Source: Lachnospiraceae bacterium (lineage in GTDB: Bacteria; Bacillota; Clostridia; Lachnospirales; Lachnospiraceae). Taken from it: DNA of 64,000 nt. Shown in pieces: positions 8,897 to 17,904 of the stretch. The translations under genes were made by a program, and so were the position numbers. Under the pieces are notes generated by a model. It was not told the origin of the DNA and searched no databases. It saw only the letters and a list, made by a program, of their open reading frames with translations. How positions within the stretch are numbered: the first letter of the stretch is position 1; each line of letters begins with the position of its first letter. Location: assembly GCA_017620255.1 (NCBI GenBank), contig JAFZQU010000036.1:30009-94008 (forward strand). The letters run 5' to 3'.

Positions 8897-10267
8897 ATGC
8901 CGATACTTGCCGCTTTTATGGTCCCGCATCCGCCGCTGATCGTTCCGATGATCGGGCGCGGGAGTGAAGAACAGGTCCGTGACACGATCCGCGCTTATGA
9001 AAGGGTAGCGGATGAAATCGCGGCACTGAAACCTGAAACGATCATCATCACGAGTCCGCATGCGACCATGTACGCCGATTATTTTCATGTGTCCCCGGGC
9101 AGGGCCGCCCAGGGGTCGTTTGCTTCTTTTGGAGCAGATGAGATCCGTTTTCAGGAAACCTATGATGAAGAGCTGACCGCACGCATCACGCGCCTTGCAG
9201 AGCAGTGGAAGATCGAAGCGGGAACGCTCGGTGAGCGGGACAGGCAGCTCGATCACGGAACGATGGTCCCGTTATGGTTCATCAGGCAGAAGTATCAGGA
9301 TTTCAAGATCGTACGGATCGGTTTATCCGGACTGCCGCTTGCGGATCACTACAAACTGGGTATGCTGATCCGGGAAGTCACGGAAAGTACCGGCAGGCGC
9401 GCCGTATTTGTGGCAAGCGGTGACCTTTCTCATAAACTGCAGAAATACGGTCCCTACGGATTTGCAAAAGAAGGTCCGGAGTACGATAAGAGGATCATGG
9501 ATGTCTGCGGGAGGGCAGCATTTTCGGAGTTGTTTGATTTTGACGAATCGTTCTGTGAAAAGGCCGCGGAATGCGGGCACAGATCGTTCGTGATCATGGC
9601 GGGTGCACTGGATGCAACGGCGGTGGAAGCGACGGTTTTATCGCATGAGGATGTTACGGGCGTGGGATACGGCATCTGCACGTTTTATCCCCAAGGGCCC
9701 GATGAACAGAGACATTTTTTGGACCGGTACCTGCAGAAATGGAGTCATGAGATGAGTCAGGATGCCTATGTGAACCTTGCAAGAAAATCACTTGAGAGTT
9801 ACATTCTGCGCGGCGAGACGATCAGCGTACCGTCCGATCTGCCCGCAGAAATGCTTGAAACGCGCGCCGGCGCTTTTGTTTCGATCCACAAGTTCGGAAA
9901 ACTGCGCGGTTGCATCGGCACGATCCTTCCGACGGAGAAGAATGTTGCCAAAGAGATCATCGAGAATGCCATCAGCGCTTCGACAAGAGACCCGCGGTTT
10001 GATCCGGTTGAGGCGGATGAACTGAAGTGGCTGGAGATCAACGTGGATGTGCTCAGTGAGCCGGAAGATATCGCATCTGCCGCAGAACTGGACGTGAAGA
10101 AGTACGGCGTCATCGTTACGAACGGAATGCGCAGGGGACTGCTTCTGCCAGACCTTGACGGCGTGGATACCGTGGAAGAACAGATCAGCATCGCAAAGCA
10201 GAAGGCCGGGATCTATCCGGATGAACCGGTCAGTCTGCAGCGTTTTGAAGTGATCAGGCATGTCTGA
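8897..10267 (+). CDS. AmmeMemoRadiSam-type fusion: Memo/LigB-like (class III extradiol dioxygenase fold) N-domain + AMMECR1 C-domain
   Basis: The N-terminal half has LigB/Memo-like blocks (MVPHPPLIVP, DHGTMVPL, SGDLSHKL). The C-terminal half carries the AMMECR1 hallmark KLRGCIGTI. Confidence 0.8.
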   Translation: MPILAAFMVPHPPLIVPMIGRGSEEQVRDTIRAYERVADEIAALKPETIIITSPHATMYADYFHVSPGRAAQGSFASFGADEIRFQETYDEELTARITRLAEQWKIEAGTLGERDRQLDHGTMVPLWFIRQKYQDFKIVRIGLSGLPLADHYKLGMLIREVTESTGRRAVFVASGDLSHKLQKYGPYGFAKEGPEYDKRIMDVCGRAAFSELFDFDESFCEKAAECGHRSFVIMAGALDATAVEATVLSHEDVTGVGYGICTFYPQGPDEQRHFLDRYLQKWSHEMSQDAYVNLARKSLESYILRGETISVPSDLPAEMLETRAGAFVSIHKFGKLRGCIGTILPTEKNVAKEIIENAISASTRDPRFDPVEADELKWLEINVDVLSEPEDIASAAELDVKKYGVIVTNGMRRGLLLPDLDGVDTVEEQISIAKQKAGIYPDEPVSLQRFEVIRHV

Positions 10268-10278
10268 AAGGAGAGCAC

Positions 10279-11136
10279 ATGCGTTGTGACGTTTGCTTCA
10301 GGCACTGTGAGATAGAAGAGGGTGCAACCGGCTTTTGCGGCGCAAGAGGCTTAAGGGACGGGAAGATCGTGGCTTTGAATTACGGAAAAGTCACTTCGCT
10401 TGCCCTTGATCCGATCGAGAAAAAACCGTTGCACCGCTTTCATCCGGGAAGCAGGATCCTGTCTGTCGGCAGTTACGGATGCAACCTGCATTGTCCGTTC
10501 TGTCAGAATGCGGACATCTCCTGGTCAAAACAGGCCATGCGCTATGAGAGGACGGCAGAGGAACTGACGCCTTCCGAACTGGCTGAGATCGCAGTCTCTG
10601 CGAAAGATCGCGGCAATATCGGGGTGGCATTTACATATAACGAACCGTTGATCGGATACGAGTTTGTGCTGGATACGGCGAAACTGGTGCATGATGCGGG
10701 ACTTTGCAATGTACTTGTGACAAACGGGTGCGTGACCGCTCCCGTTCTGGAAAAACTGTCGCCTTATATCGATGCGATGAATATCGACCTGAAAGGCTTT
10801 ACGGACAGGTATTACCGGGAAGTCCTCAAAGGGGATCTTGAAACGGTAAAGGATGCGATCAGACAGGCGGTCACGTTCTGTCATGTGGAGCTGACAACGC
10901 TGATCGTTCCCGGCGAAAATGACAGTGAAGAGGAAATGCGTGCGATCAGCAGTTTTATCGCAGACCTGAAGGATGCATCGGGGGCACGGATCGGGGATAA
11001 GATCCCGCTGCATATCTCGCGGTTTTTCCCGCAGTTTAAAATGCTTGACCGGGAGGCGACGGATGTTTCGCTGATCTACCGGCTGAAAGAGATCGCAGGC
11101 GAAAAACTCCGGTATGTGTATACCGGAAACTGCTGA
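10279..11136 (+). CDS. AmmeMemoRadiSam system radical SAM enzyme
   Basis: CNLHCPFC (CxxxCxxC) radical-SAM motif, N-terminal Cys cluster (CDVCFRHC..FC) and a DPIEKKPLHRFHPGS block typical of this family. Confidence 0.85.
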   Translation: MRCDVCFRHCEIEEGATGFCGARGLRDGKIVALNYGKVTSLALDPIEKKPLHRFHPGSRILSVGSYGCNLHCPFCQNADISWSKQAMRYERTAEELTPSELAEIAVSAKDRGNIGVAFTYNEPLIGYEFVLDTAKLVHDAGLCNVLVTNGCVTAPVLEKLSPYIDAMNIDLKGFTDRYYREVLKGDLETVKDAIRQAVTFCHVELTTLIVPGENDSEEEMRAISSFIADLKDASGARIGDKIPLHISRFFPQFKMLDREATDVSLIYRLKEIAGEKLRYVYTGNC

Positions 11137-11152
11137 ATATATGAGGAACTGT

Positions 11153-12703
11153 ATGGAAAGTGAAAATCAAAAGAAACCCGTTATCAAAGGAGTGATCCTG
11201 GCAGCAGGCATGTCGAGCCGCATGGGACAGTTTAAGCCTATGCTGCAGGTGGGAGACACCTCATTCATCAAGCGCATCATCCATACCATGCGCGCAGCGG
11301 GACTGGAAGACATTCTGGTGGTGACAGGCGCGGGCAGGGACGAACTGGCCGAGCATCTGGCGGATGAAAATGTGCGTCTGCTCTTCAACGCACAGTATGA
11401 GACAACACAGATGCTTGAATCCGTGAAGCTGGCCATTCGTGAGGTACAGCGTATAGCGGACGCCATTGTGCTGACGCCGGTGGATATCTGTCTGCCCGGT
11501 ATTCCGGTATACCGTGGCCTGCTTCGGAAAGTCTACAGCGCAGACTGTGTACGGCCCGTCTACGACGGCAGACCGGGGCATCCTGTCCTGATCGGAAAAC
11601 GCGTCTTTTCCGCGGTGCTTGGCTATATGGGGCCGGGCGGCCTGAAAGGAGCCTTAAAGGATGCGGGTGCTACGACCGTTTCCGAAGAGGTCAACGATCC
11701 GGGGATCCTGTTTGACGCGGATACGCCGGAGGACTATGAGCTCCTGTTGCAGATGGTCAATTCGAAGAAGGATTACATTGTTGTCGCGGGCGGACTGAAC
11801 ATCGACATCGGAGGAACCTCCCATGTTCCGATGATCATGCATGATTCGAATCCGGGGATCGTGAAGATCTCTTCGGGCGGGGTTGCCAGAAATATCGCGC
11901 ACAATCTGAGCCTGCTAAAGCAGCAGGTATATCTTCTGACGGCATACGGGGATGACCATTACAGGGATCTGATCGAAAAAGAGGCGGATGCGGCCGGGAT
12001 CGATCTGACCTGTGCTCTGCGGCCATACGGCGAACGCTCCGCCACCTATCTGTTTGTCAATGAGAGTGACGGAAATCTGGCGGTGGCGATCAACGATATG
12101 CAGATCTGCAGGCATCTGACACCGGATTATTTTGCGCAGCATCTGGATCTTATAAACGGGGCGAGGCTTCTTGTCTTAGATGCCAATCTGCCGGAAGAGT
12201 CCATTGCATACCTGACGGAGAATGCGAAGGTGCCGGTTTTTGCAGATGTGGTCTCCGTGGCCAAGGCGGAACGGTTCCTGCCCTATCTTGGAAAGATCCA
12301 CACGATCAAGCCCAATATCCTGGAAGCGGAAAAACTGTCCGGTGTAAAGATCACGGACGAAGCATCCCTTAGAAAGGCCGGCGAGAAGATCCATGCGATG
12401 GGCGTTAAAAACGTATTCCTTTCAACGGGAGGATCGGGATTGCTCATCGTGAATGATGAGGGCGTGCAGACAGTTGAACCCTGCAGAGCAAAACCCGTTA
12501 ATATGACGGGAGCCGGTGATGCCTGTCTCGCGGCGCTGATCGTCGCTTACCTGCAGGGAAAGAGTGCGGCGGAATGCGGGCAGTACGGAAACGCAGCCGC
12601 TTCCATCGCGATCGAGAGCATGTATACGATCAGTGAGAAAATGAACCTGATAGAAGTGGAAGCAAGGGTAAAACAGTATAAACAGCAGAAAGACGAGGGA
12701 TAA
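11153..12703 (+). CDS. fusion: MobA-like nucleotidyltransferase domain + PfkB-family kinase (pseudouridine kinase-like)
   Basis: ORF 11114..12703. The ATG at 11153 follows GAGGA, and earlier in-frame starts overlap the rSAM gene. The N-domain has VILAAGMSSRMGQFKP (NTP_transf_3 type). The C-domain is PfkB with NMTGAGDA. It lies immediately upstream of psuG. Confidence 0.75.
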   Translation: MESENQKKPVIKGVILAAGMSSRMGQFKPMLQVGDTSFIKRIIHTMRAAGLEDILVVTGAGRDELAEHLADENVRLLFNAQYETTQMLESVKLAIREVQRIADAIVLTPVDICLPGIPVYRGLLRKVYSADCVRPVYDGRPGHPVLIGKRVFSAVLGYMGPGGLKGALKDAGATTVSEEVNDPGILFDADTPEDYELLLQMVNSKKDYIVVAGGLNIDIGGTSHVPMIMHDSNPGIVKISSGGVARNIAHNLSLLKQQVYLLTAYGDDHYRDLIEKEADAAGIDLTCALRPYGERSATYLFVNESDGNLAVAINDMQICRHLTPDYFAQHLDLINGARLLVLDANLPEESIAYLTENAKVPVFADVVSVAKAERFLPYLGKIHTIKPNILEAEKLSGVKITDEASLRKAGEKIHAMGVKNVFLSTGGSGLLIVNDEGVQTVEPCRAKPVNMTGAGDACLAALIVAYLQGKSAAECGQYGNAAASIAIESMYTISEKMNLIEVEARVKQYKQQKDEG

Positions 12704-12706
12704 AAC

Positions 12707-13639
12707 ATGGAAGCATTAAAACAGTTACTGGAAGTTGCACCGGAAGTACAGGCGGCACTGGATGAAAACCGGCCGGTAGTGGCACTTGAATCGACGATCA
12801 TCTCACACGGCATGCCGTATCCGCAGAACGTGGAAACAGCACTTGCGGTGGAAGACGTGATCCGTTCCAATGGCGCAACGCCTGCCACGATCGCCGTGAT
12901 CGGCGGGAAGATGAAGGCAGGATGCAGCAGGGAAGAGATCGAACACCTCGGAAAATCCGGCACGAACGTGACCAAATGCTCCAGAAGGGATATGCCTGCG
13001 ATCCTGGCACGTTCCATGGACGGTGCGACGACCGTTACGACTACGATGCTGATCGCGCATCTTGCGGGGATCAGTGTATTTGCGACCGGCGGGATCGGCG
13101 GCGTGCACAGGGGGGCGGAAGTGACCATGGATATTTCGGCCGACCTCGAGGAACTGGCCTCGACGCCTGTCATGGTGGTCTGCGCCGGTGCCAAATCGAT
13201 CCTGGATCTGGGACTGACGCTGGAATATCTGGAAACAAAGGGAGTTCCGGTGCTCGGCTTCGGAACGGATGAACTGCCGGCATTTTATACGAGAAAGAGT
13301 GGTTTTTCCGTTGACTACAGGGTAGATACACCGGAAGAACTTGCGGATATGTTCCTAATGCAGAGAGCACTCGGGATGCCAAACGGCATGCTTGTGACCA
13401 ATCCGATCCCGGAGGAATATTCCATGGATAAAGCCGTGATCGACAAGGCGATCGAAGAGGCACTTGCCGAAGCAAAAAGGCTTGGGATCCACGGGAAAGA
13501 GACCACACCCTTCCTGCTGGCAAAGATCAAGGATATCACGGGCGGAGACAGCCTGGATTCCAACATCCGCCTTGTGTTTAACAACGCGCGTGTCGCCAGT
13601 CTGACGGCTGCCGCGATCTGCCGCAAGAAAAAAGCATAA
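12707..13639 (+). CDS. psuG: pseudouridine-5'-phosphate glycosidase
   Basis: VVALESTIISHGMPYPQN and GGIGGVHRG blocks of the IndA/PsuG family. It starts 3 nt after the kinase gene. Confidence 0.9.
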   Translation: MEALKQLLEVAPEVQAALDENRPVVALESTIISHGMPYPQNVETALAVEDVIRSNGATPATIAVIGGKMKAGCSREEIEHLGKSGTNVTKCSRRDMPAILARSMDGATTVTTTMLIAHLAGISVFATGGIGGVHRGAEVTMDISADLEELASTPVMVVCAGAKSILDLGLTLEYLETKGVPVLGFGTDELPAFYTRKSGFSVDYRVDTPEELADMFLMQRALGMPNGMLVTNPIPEEYSMDKAVIDKAIEEALAEAKRLGIHGKETTPFLLAKIKDITGGDSLDSNIRLVFNNARVASLTAAAICRKKKA

Positions 13640-13690
13640 ATATGCTATAGAGTGAATAAATATTCACGAGGTGACTATGTGGCACAAACA

Positions 13691-13719
13691 TTGACAAATG
13701 CGCATAAAATCTGTATGAT
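13691..13719 (+). promoter_or_regulatory. sigma-A-type promoter for the opp operon
   Basis: TTGACA (13691..13696), 17-nt spacer, TATGAT (13714..13719). Confidence 0.5.
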
Positions 13720-13764
13720 TAATCGTTGAGTATGCGTTGATTTTCGTTGGAGGAGTGGGCAGAC

Positions 13765-14676
13765 GTGGCTAAGTATATTTTCAAAAGGGTTTTGCTGGCG
13801 ATCGTTTCGATCATAATCGTCAGCGCGATCACTTTTTTTGTTATGAACGCGATCCCGGGCGGACCGTTCAATAAAGAAAAAGCGACAAGCGCACAGGCGC
13901 AGAAAGTATTGGAAGAAAGATACAATCTGGATAAACCGGTGCCCGAGCAGTACGTGCTGTATATGAACAACCTGCTGCACGGTGACTGGGGTGTTTCGCT
14001 ACACAGCGGGCGCGATATCTGGGGCGAGATCTCTTCCCGGTTCAGCGTCTCGGCAAGACTCGGCGGAATGGCTGCGGCGGTCGCGATCGTACTCGGACTG
14101 ATCCTCGGAGCCCTTGCGGCACTGACCAGAAACAGACTGCCGGACCGTGCCATCGTCTTCTTTACGACACTCGGAACAGCTATGCCTTCCTTCGTGCTGG
14201 CGACACTGCTGCTCCTGGTATTCTGTCTGAAACTGAAACTGGTTCCCGTCTGGTCCAGTTCCAATCCCAACTATGTATTACCCATCATCGCGTTGAGCGT
14301 ATACCCGATGGCATATATCACAAGACTGACCAAGACCAGTATGCTGGACGCCCTGAATCAGGACTATGTCCGTACGGCCAAAGCCAAAGGCGTTCCGAAC
14401 TGGAAGGTTATCTTTAAGCACGCCCTGCGGAACGCACTGATCCCCGTGATCACATATGTCGGCCCCATGGTGGCTTACATTCTGACAGGATCCATGGTCG
14501 TGGAAAACATCTTTACCATCGGTGGTCTCGGTTCTTCTTTTGTAACGAGTATTACAAACAGGGACTATACCATGATCATGGCTACGACCATCTTTTTGGC
14601 GATCTTAATGGTGATCGCGAATCTGTTGACGGATATTGCGTACAAGTTCGTGGATCCGCGCATCACTTTTGACTGA
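13765..14676 (+). CDS. oppB: oligopeptide ABC transporter permease
   Basis: ORF 13747..14676. The GTG at 13765 lies 9 nt after GGAGGAG. Multi-TM protein with the OppB/DppB-type N-terminus KYIFKRVLL. Confidence 0.85.
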   Translation: MAKYIFKRVLLAIVSIIIVSAITFFVMNAIPGGPFNKEKATSAQAQKVLEERYNLDKPVPEQYVLYMNNLLHGDWGVSLHSGRDIWGEISSRFSVSARLGGMAAAVAIVLGLILGALAALTRNRLPDRAIVFFTTLGTAMPSFVLATLLLLVFCLKLKLVPVWSSSNPNYVLPIIALSVYPMAYITRLTKTSMLDALNQDYVRTAKAKGVPNWKVIFKHALRNALIPVITYVGPMVAYILTGSMVVENIFTIGGLGSSFVTSITNRDYTMIMATTIFLAILMVIANLLTDIAYKFVDPRITFD

Positions 14677-14699
14677 TACTGAGGTTTGGGGAAGAGATT

Positions 14700-15785
14700 A
14701 TGCAGGAAGAGAATCTGAAAAAAAGACAGTTTTTATCGGCGCAGGTGGATCTGAGCAAATTCAACCGGTCGCATTTTGAAGCAGCCACGGAAGATGAAAA
14801 ACGGCAGCAGGACGTTATGGGCGAGTCGACTACGTTCTTAAAGGACGGTATGAGACGCCTGCGGAAAAACCCGCTTGCAATGGCAAGTATCATTGTACTG
14901 CTCCTGATCGTGTTAACGATCATCGTGGCGCCTTCTTTTGTACCCTACAGTTATTCGGAGATCATCTCCGTTAACGGGAAGCGTGACAAATCGGCTGCCA
15001 ATCTGGGCCCGTTTGAGTATTCCAAGGCGGAACAGAGATACATGAAATCCACGGGAGAAAAACTGTTCCCGCATATCCTCGGGACGGACAGTCTCAGCCG
15101 TGATTACTTTATACGTGTGATCTACGGCACGCGTGTCAGCCTGTCTGTCGGCGTTGTAGCGGCGATCATGGTTCTCATCATCGGTCTGGTATACGGATCG
15201 GTTGCCGGGTACTTCGGCGGACGTGTGGACCTGATCATGATGCGGATCGTCGATATCATCTACTCCCTGCCGGACATGCTGATCATCATCCTGCTGTCCG
15301 TTGTGTTCAACGAACGCCTGAAACCCCTCATCGATAAAACGATCCTGCGGGTGCTTGGAACGAACATGATCTCCATGTTCCTGGTGTTCGGCCTGTTGTA
15401 CTGGGTCAGCATGGCCAGACTCATCCGCGGCCAGATCCTTTCCATTAAGAACAATGAATATGTACTCGCCGCAAAGTGTATCGGTACAAAGAACGGAAGG
15501 ATCCTGCGCAGGCATATCCTGCCGAACTGTCTTTCCGTCATCATCATCACGACGGCGCTTCAGGTACCGAGCGCGATCTTTACGGAGAGTTACTTAAGTT
15601 TCCTGGGACTTGGCGTTTCCGCGCCGCTGACTTCGCTCGGCTCCCTGGCCAATGACGCCAGAGCCGGCATGCAGTCCTATCCTTTGCGGCTGGTCGTACC
15701 TGCCGTGATCATCTGTCTGATCGTCCTTGCCTTAAACCTGCTCGGTGACGGCCTCAGAGACGCATTCGACTCCAAGTTGAACTAA
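14700..15785 (+). CDS. oppC: oligopeptide ABC transporter permease
   Basis: Multi-TM permease with the binding-protein-dependent transport signature region, positioned between oppB and the ATPases. Confidence 0.85.
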   Translation: MQEENLKKRQFLSAQVDLSKFNRSHFEAATEDEKRQQDVMGESTTFLKDGMRRLRKNPLAMASIIVLLLIVLTIIVAPSFVPYSYSEIISVNGKRDKSAANLGPFEYSKAEQRYMKSTGEKLFPHILGTDSLSRDYFIRVIYGTRVSLSVGVVAAIMVLIIGLVYGSVAGYFGGRVDLIMMRIVDIIYSLPDMLIIILLSVVFNERLKPLIDKTILRVLGTNMISMFLVFGLLYWVSMARLIRGQILSIKNNEYVLAAKCIGTKNGRILRRHILPNCLSVIIITTALQVPSAIFTESYLSFLGLGVSAPLTSLGSLANDARAGMQSYPLRLVVPAVIICLIVLALNLLGDGLRDAFDSKLN

Positions 15786-15796
15786 GGAGGCATGAG

Positions 15797-16804
15797 ATGA
15801 GCGAAGAGACAAAATACATTCTGGAAGTAAAAGACCTTCATACGAGCTTTTTCACGGATGCGGGCGAAGTCTGCGCCGTGAACGGCATTTCGTTCACACT
15901 GGAGCCGGGAAAGACTTTAGGGATCGTTGGTGAATCCGGATCCGGTAAATCCGTTACGGCTTATTCGGTCATGCAGATCCTTGCGGAGACCGGTAAGATC
16001 ACGGGCGGCGAAGTCCTCTACAAGGGTGAGGACATTACAAAATGGGATAAAAAACAGATGCAGGGGTTCCGCGGATCCAAGTGTTCGATCATCTTTCAGG
16101 ATCCGATGACCAGTTTAAATCCGGTCTTCACGGTCGGCTCCCAGTTGAAGGAAGCGATCCTTCTGCATACAGATAAGAATAAAAGGGAAGCATATGACAG
16201 AGCCGTTGAGATGCTGACACTGGTCGGTGTCAATGAACCGGAGAGCCGTATGCGTCAGTATCCGCATGAACTGTCCGGCGGTATGCGCCAGCGTGTCATG
16301 ATCGCCATGGCACTTGCCTGTGAACCGGACATTCTGATCGCAGACGAGCCGACAACGGCATTGGATGTGACCATTCAGGCGCAGATCCTGGAACTCATGA
16401 AGGAACTGCAGGAGAAACTCGGGATGGCCATCATCATGGTCACGCATGATCTTGGCGTGATCGCAAGTATGTGTGATGAGATCCTTGTCATGTATGGCGG
16501 CAGGGTCTGTGAACGCGGCACGGCGGATGATATCTTCTACCGCTCTGCACATGAATACACAAAGGGACTGCTCCGTTCGATCCCGAAAAACGATAATCTG
16601 AACGAGAAGCTGATCCCGATCGGCGGAACACCGATCAACCTGCTGCAGATGCCGGAAGGCTGCGCGTTCTGCCCACGCTGTGAAAAGGCGATGAAGATCT
16701 GCTTAACACAGCAACCGGAAGAACTGCGTGTGTCCGAAACACATCTGGCCAGCTGCTTTATGAATGTAAAAGAACTGTTTGCGGCAGGGGAGGGAAATGC
16801 GTAA
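15797..16804 (+). CDS. oppD: oligopeptide ABC transporter ATP-binding protein
   Basis: Walker A GESGSGKS, signature LSGGMRQR, Walker B ILIADEPT and the C-terminal oligopeptide-type Cys motif. Confidence 0.9.
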   Translation: MSEETKYILEVKDLHTSFFTDAGEVCAVNGISFTLEPGKTLGIVGESGSGKSVTAYSVMQILAETGKITGGEVLYKGEDITKWDKKQMQGFRGSKCSIIFQDPMTSLNPVFTVGSQLKEAILLHTDKNKREAYDRAVEMLTLVGVNEPESRMRQYPHELSGGMRQRVMIAMALACEPDILIADEPTTALDVTIQAQILELMKELQEKLGMAIIMVTHDLGVIASMCDEILVMYGGRVCERGTADDIFYRSAHEYTKGLLRSIPKNDNLNEKLIPIGGTPINLLQMPEGCAFCPRCEKAMKICLTQQPEELRVSETHLASCFMNVKELFAAGEGNA

Positions 16805-17841
16805 TGGAGAATAAGAATCTTCTGGAAGTATCCCATCTGAAACAGTACTTCCCCGTGCGTCAGGGATTCCACAGGATCCCGCTCAAAGCCGTGGATGATG
16901 TTTCCTTTACGATCAAGCCCGGTGAGACACTGGGACTTGTCGGAGAATCCGGCTGCGGAAAAACGACCGTGGGACGGACGCTCTTACGTCTCTACCAGCC
17001 GACCGGCGGGCGGATCGTGTTTGATGGCGAAGTTTTATTTGACAGTGGCGAACAATATGATGATAATGGAAAACTGATCACGGACGGCGAAGGAAGACCC
17101 GTGATGGGTACCAGGATCGATGTGGACATGCTTCCGTACAGAAAGCAGATGCAGATGGTGTTCCAGGATCCCTATTCATCCCTGAACCCGCGCATGACCG
17201 TGGAAGATATCATCGGTGAGCCGCTGGATGTGCATAAACTGTACAGCAGCAAAAAGGAACGGCGTGAAAAGATCCTAAGCCTCATGGAAACGGTCGGACT
17301 GAATGCCGAGCATGCAATGCGCTATGCGCATGAGTTCTCCGGTGGACAGAGACAGAGGATCGGGATCGCAAGAGCGCTTGCGGTCAACCCGAAATTCATC
17401 GTCTGTGATGAACCGGTCTCCGCACTGGATGTATCCATTCAGGCGCAGGTCGTCAACATGTTTGAGGAACTGCAGGAAAAACTCGGTGTCGCTTATCTGT
17501 TCATAGCGCATGACCTGCTGGTCGTACATCATATATCCGACAGGATCGCAGTTATGTATCTCGGAAAGGTCGTAGAGATCGCGGATGCGGATGAACTGAA
17601 TGCAAATCCGATGCATCCGTATACACTGAGCCTGCTTTCGGCCGTGCCGATCCCGGATCCGGAAACAGCCAGGAAAAGCAACCGCATCGTTCTGGAAGGA
17701 GACGTACCTTCTCCCTTAAGAATGCCAAGCGGCTGTCCGTTCCGCACCAGATGCAGATATGCGACGGAACAGTGCGCAATGGAAATGCCCCCGCTCTCAG
17801 ACCGCGGAAACGGCCATTTCACGGCGTGCTGGAACAAATGA
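16804..17841 (+). CDS. oppF: oligopeptide ABC transporter ATP-binding protein
   Basis: Walker A GESGCGKT, signature FSGGQRQR, Walker B FIVCDEPV. The start overlaps the oppD stop (TAATG). Confidence 0.9.
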   Translation: MENKNLLEVSHLKQYFPVRQGFHRIPLKAVDDVSFTIKPGETLGLVGESGCGKTTVGRTLLRLYQPTGGRIVFDGEVLFDSGEQYDDNGKLITDGEGRPVMGTRIDVDMLPYRKQMQMVFQDPYSSLNPRMTVEDIIGEPLDVHKLYSSKKERREKILSLMETVGLNAEHAMRYAHEFSGGQRQRIGIARALAVNPKFIVCDEPVSALDVSIQAQVVNMFEELQEKLGVAYLFIAHDLLVVHHISDRIAVMYLGKVVEIADADELNANPMHPYTLSLLSAVPIPDPETARKSNRIVLEGDVPSPLRMPSGCPFRTRCRYATEQCAMEMPPLSDRGNGHFTACWNK

Positions 17842-17904
17842 TCCCGGTGTTATCCTAATAGTAGGTTACACATACATTTCATAAGTTAAACGGAGGAAAG
17901 CATT

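Noticed and set aside
12547-13194. 215-aa minus-strand ORF spanning the psuK/psuG junction
   Set aside because: It is antisense to two well-supported genes and low-complexity (Ser/Ala/Thr-rich). It is a shadow ORF.
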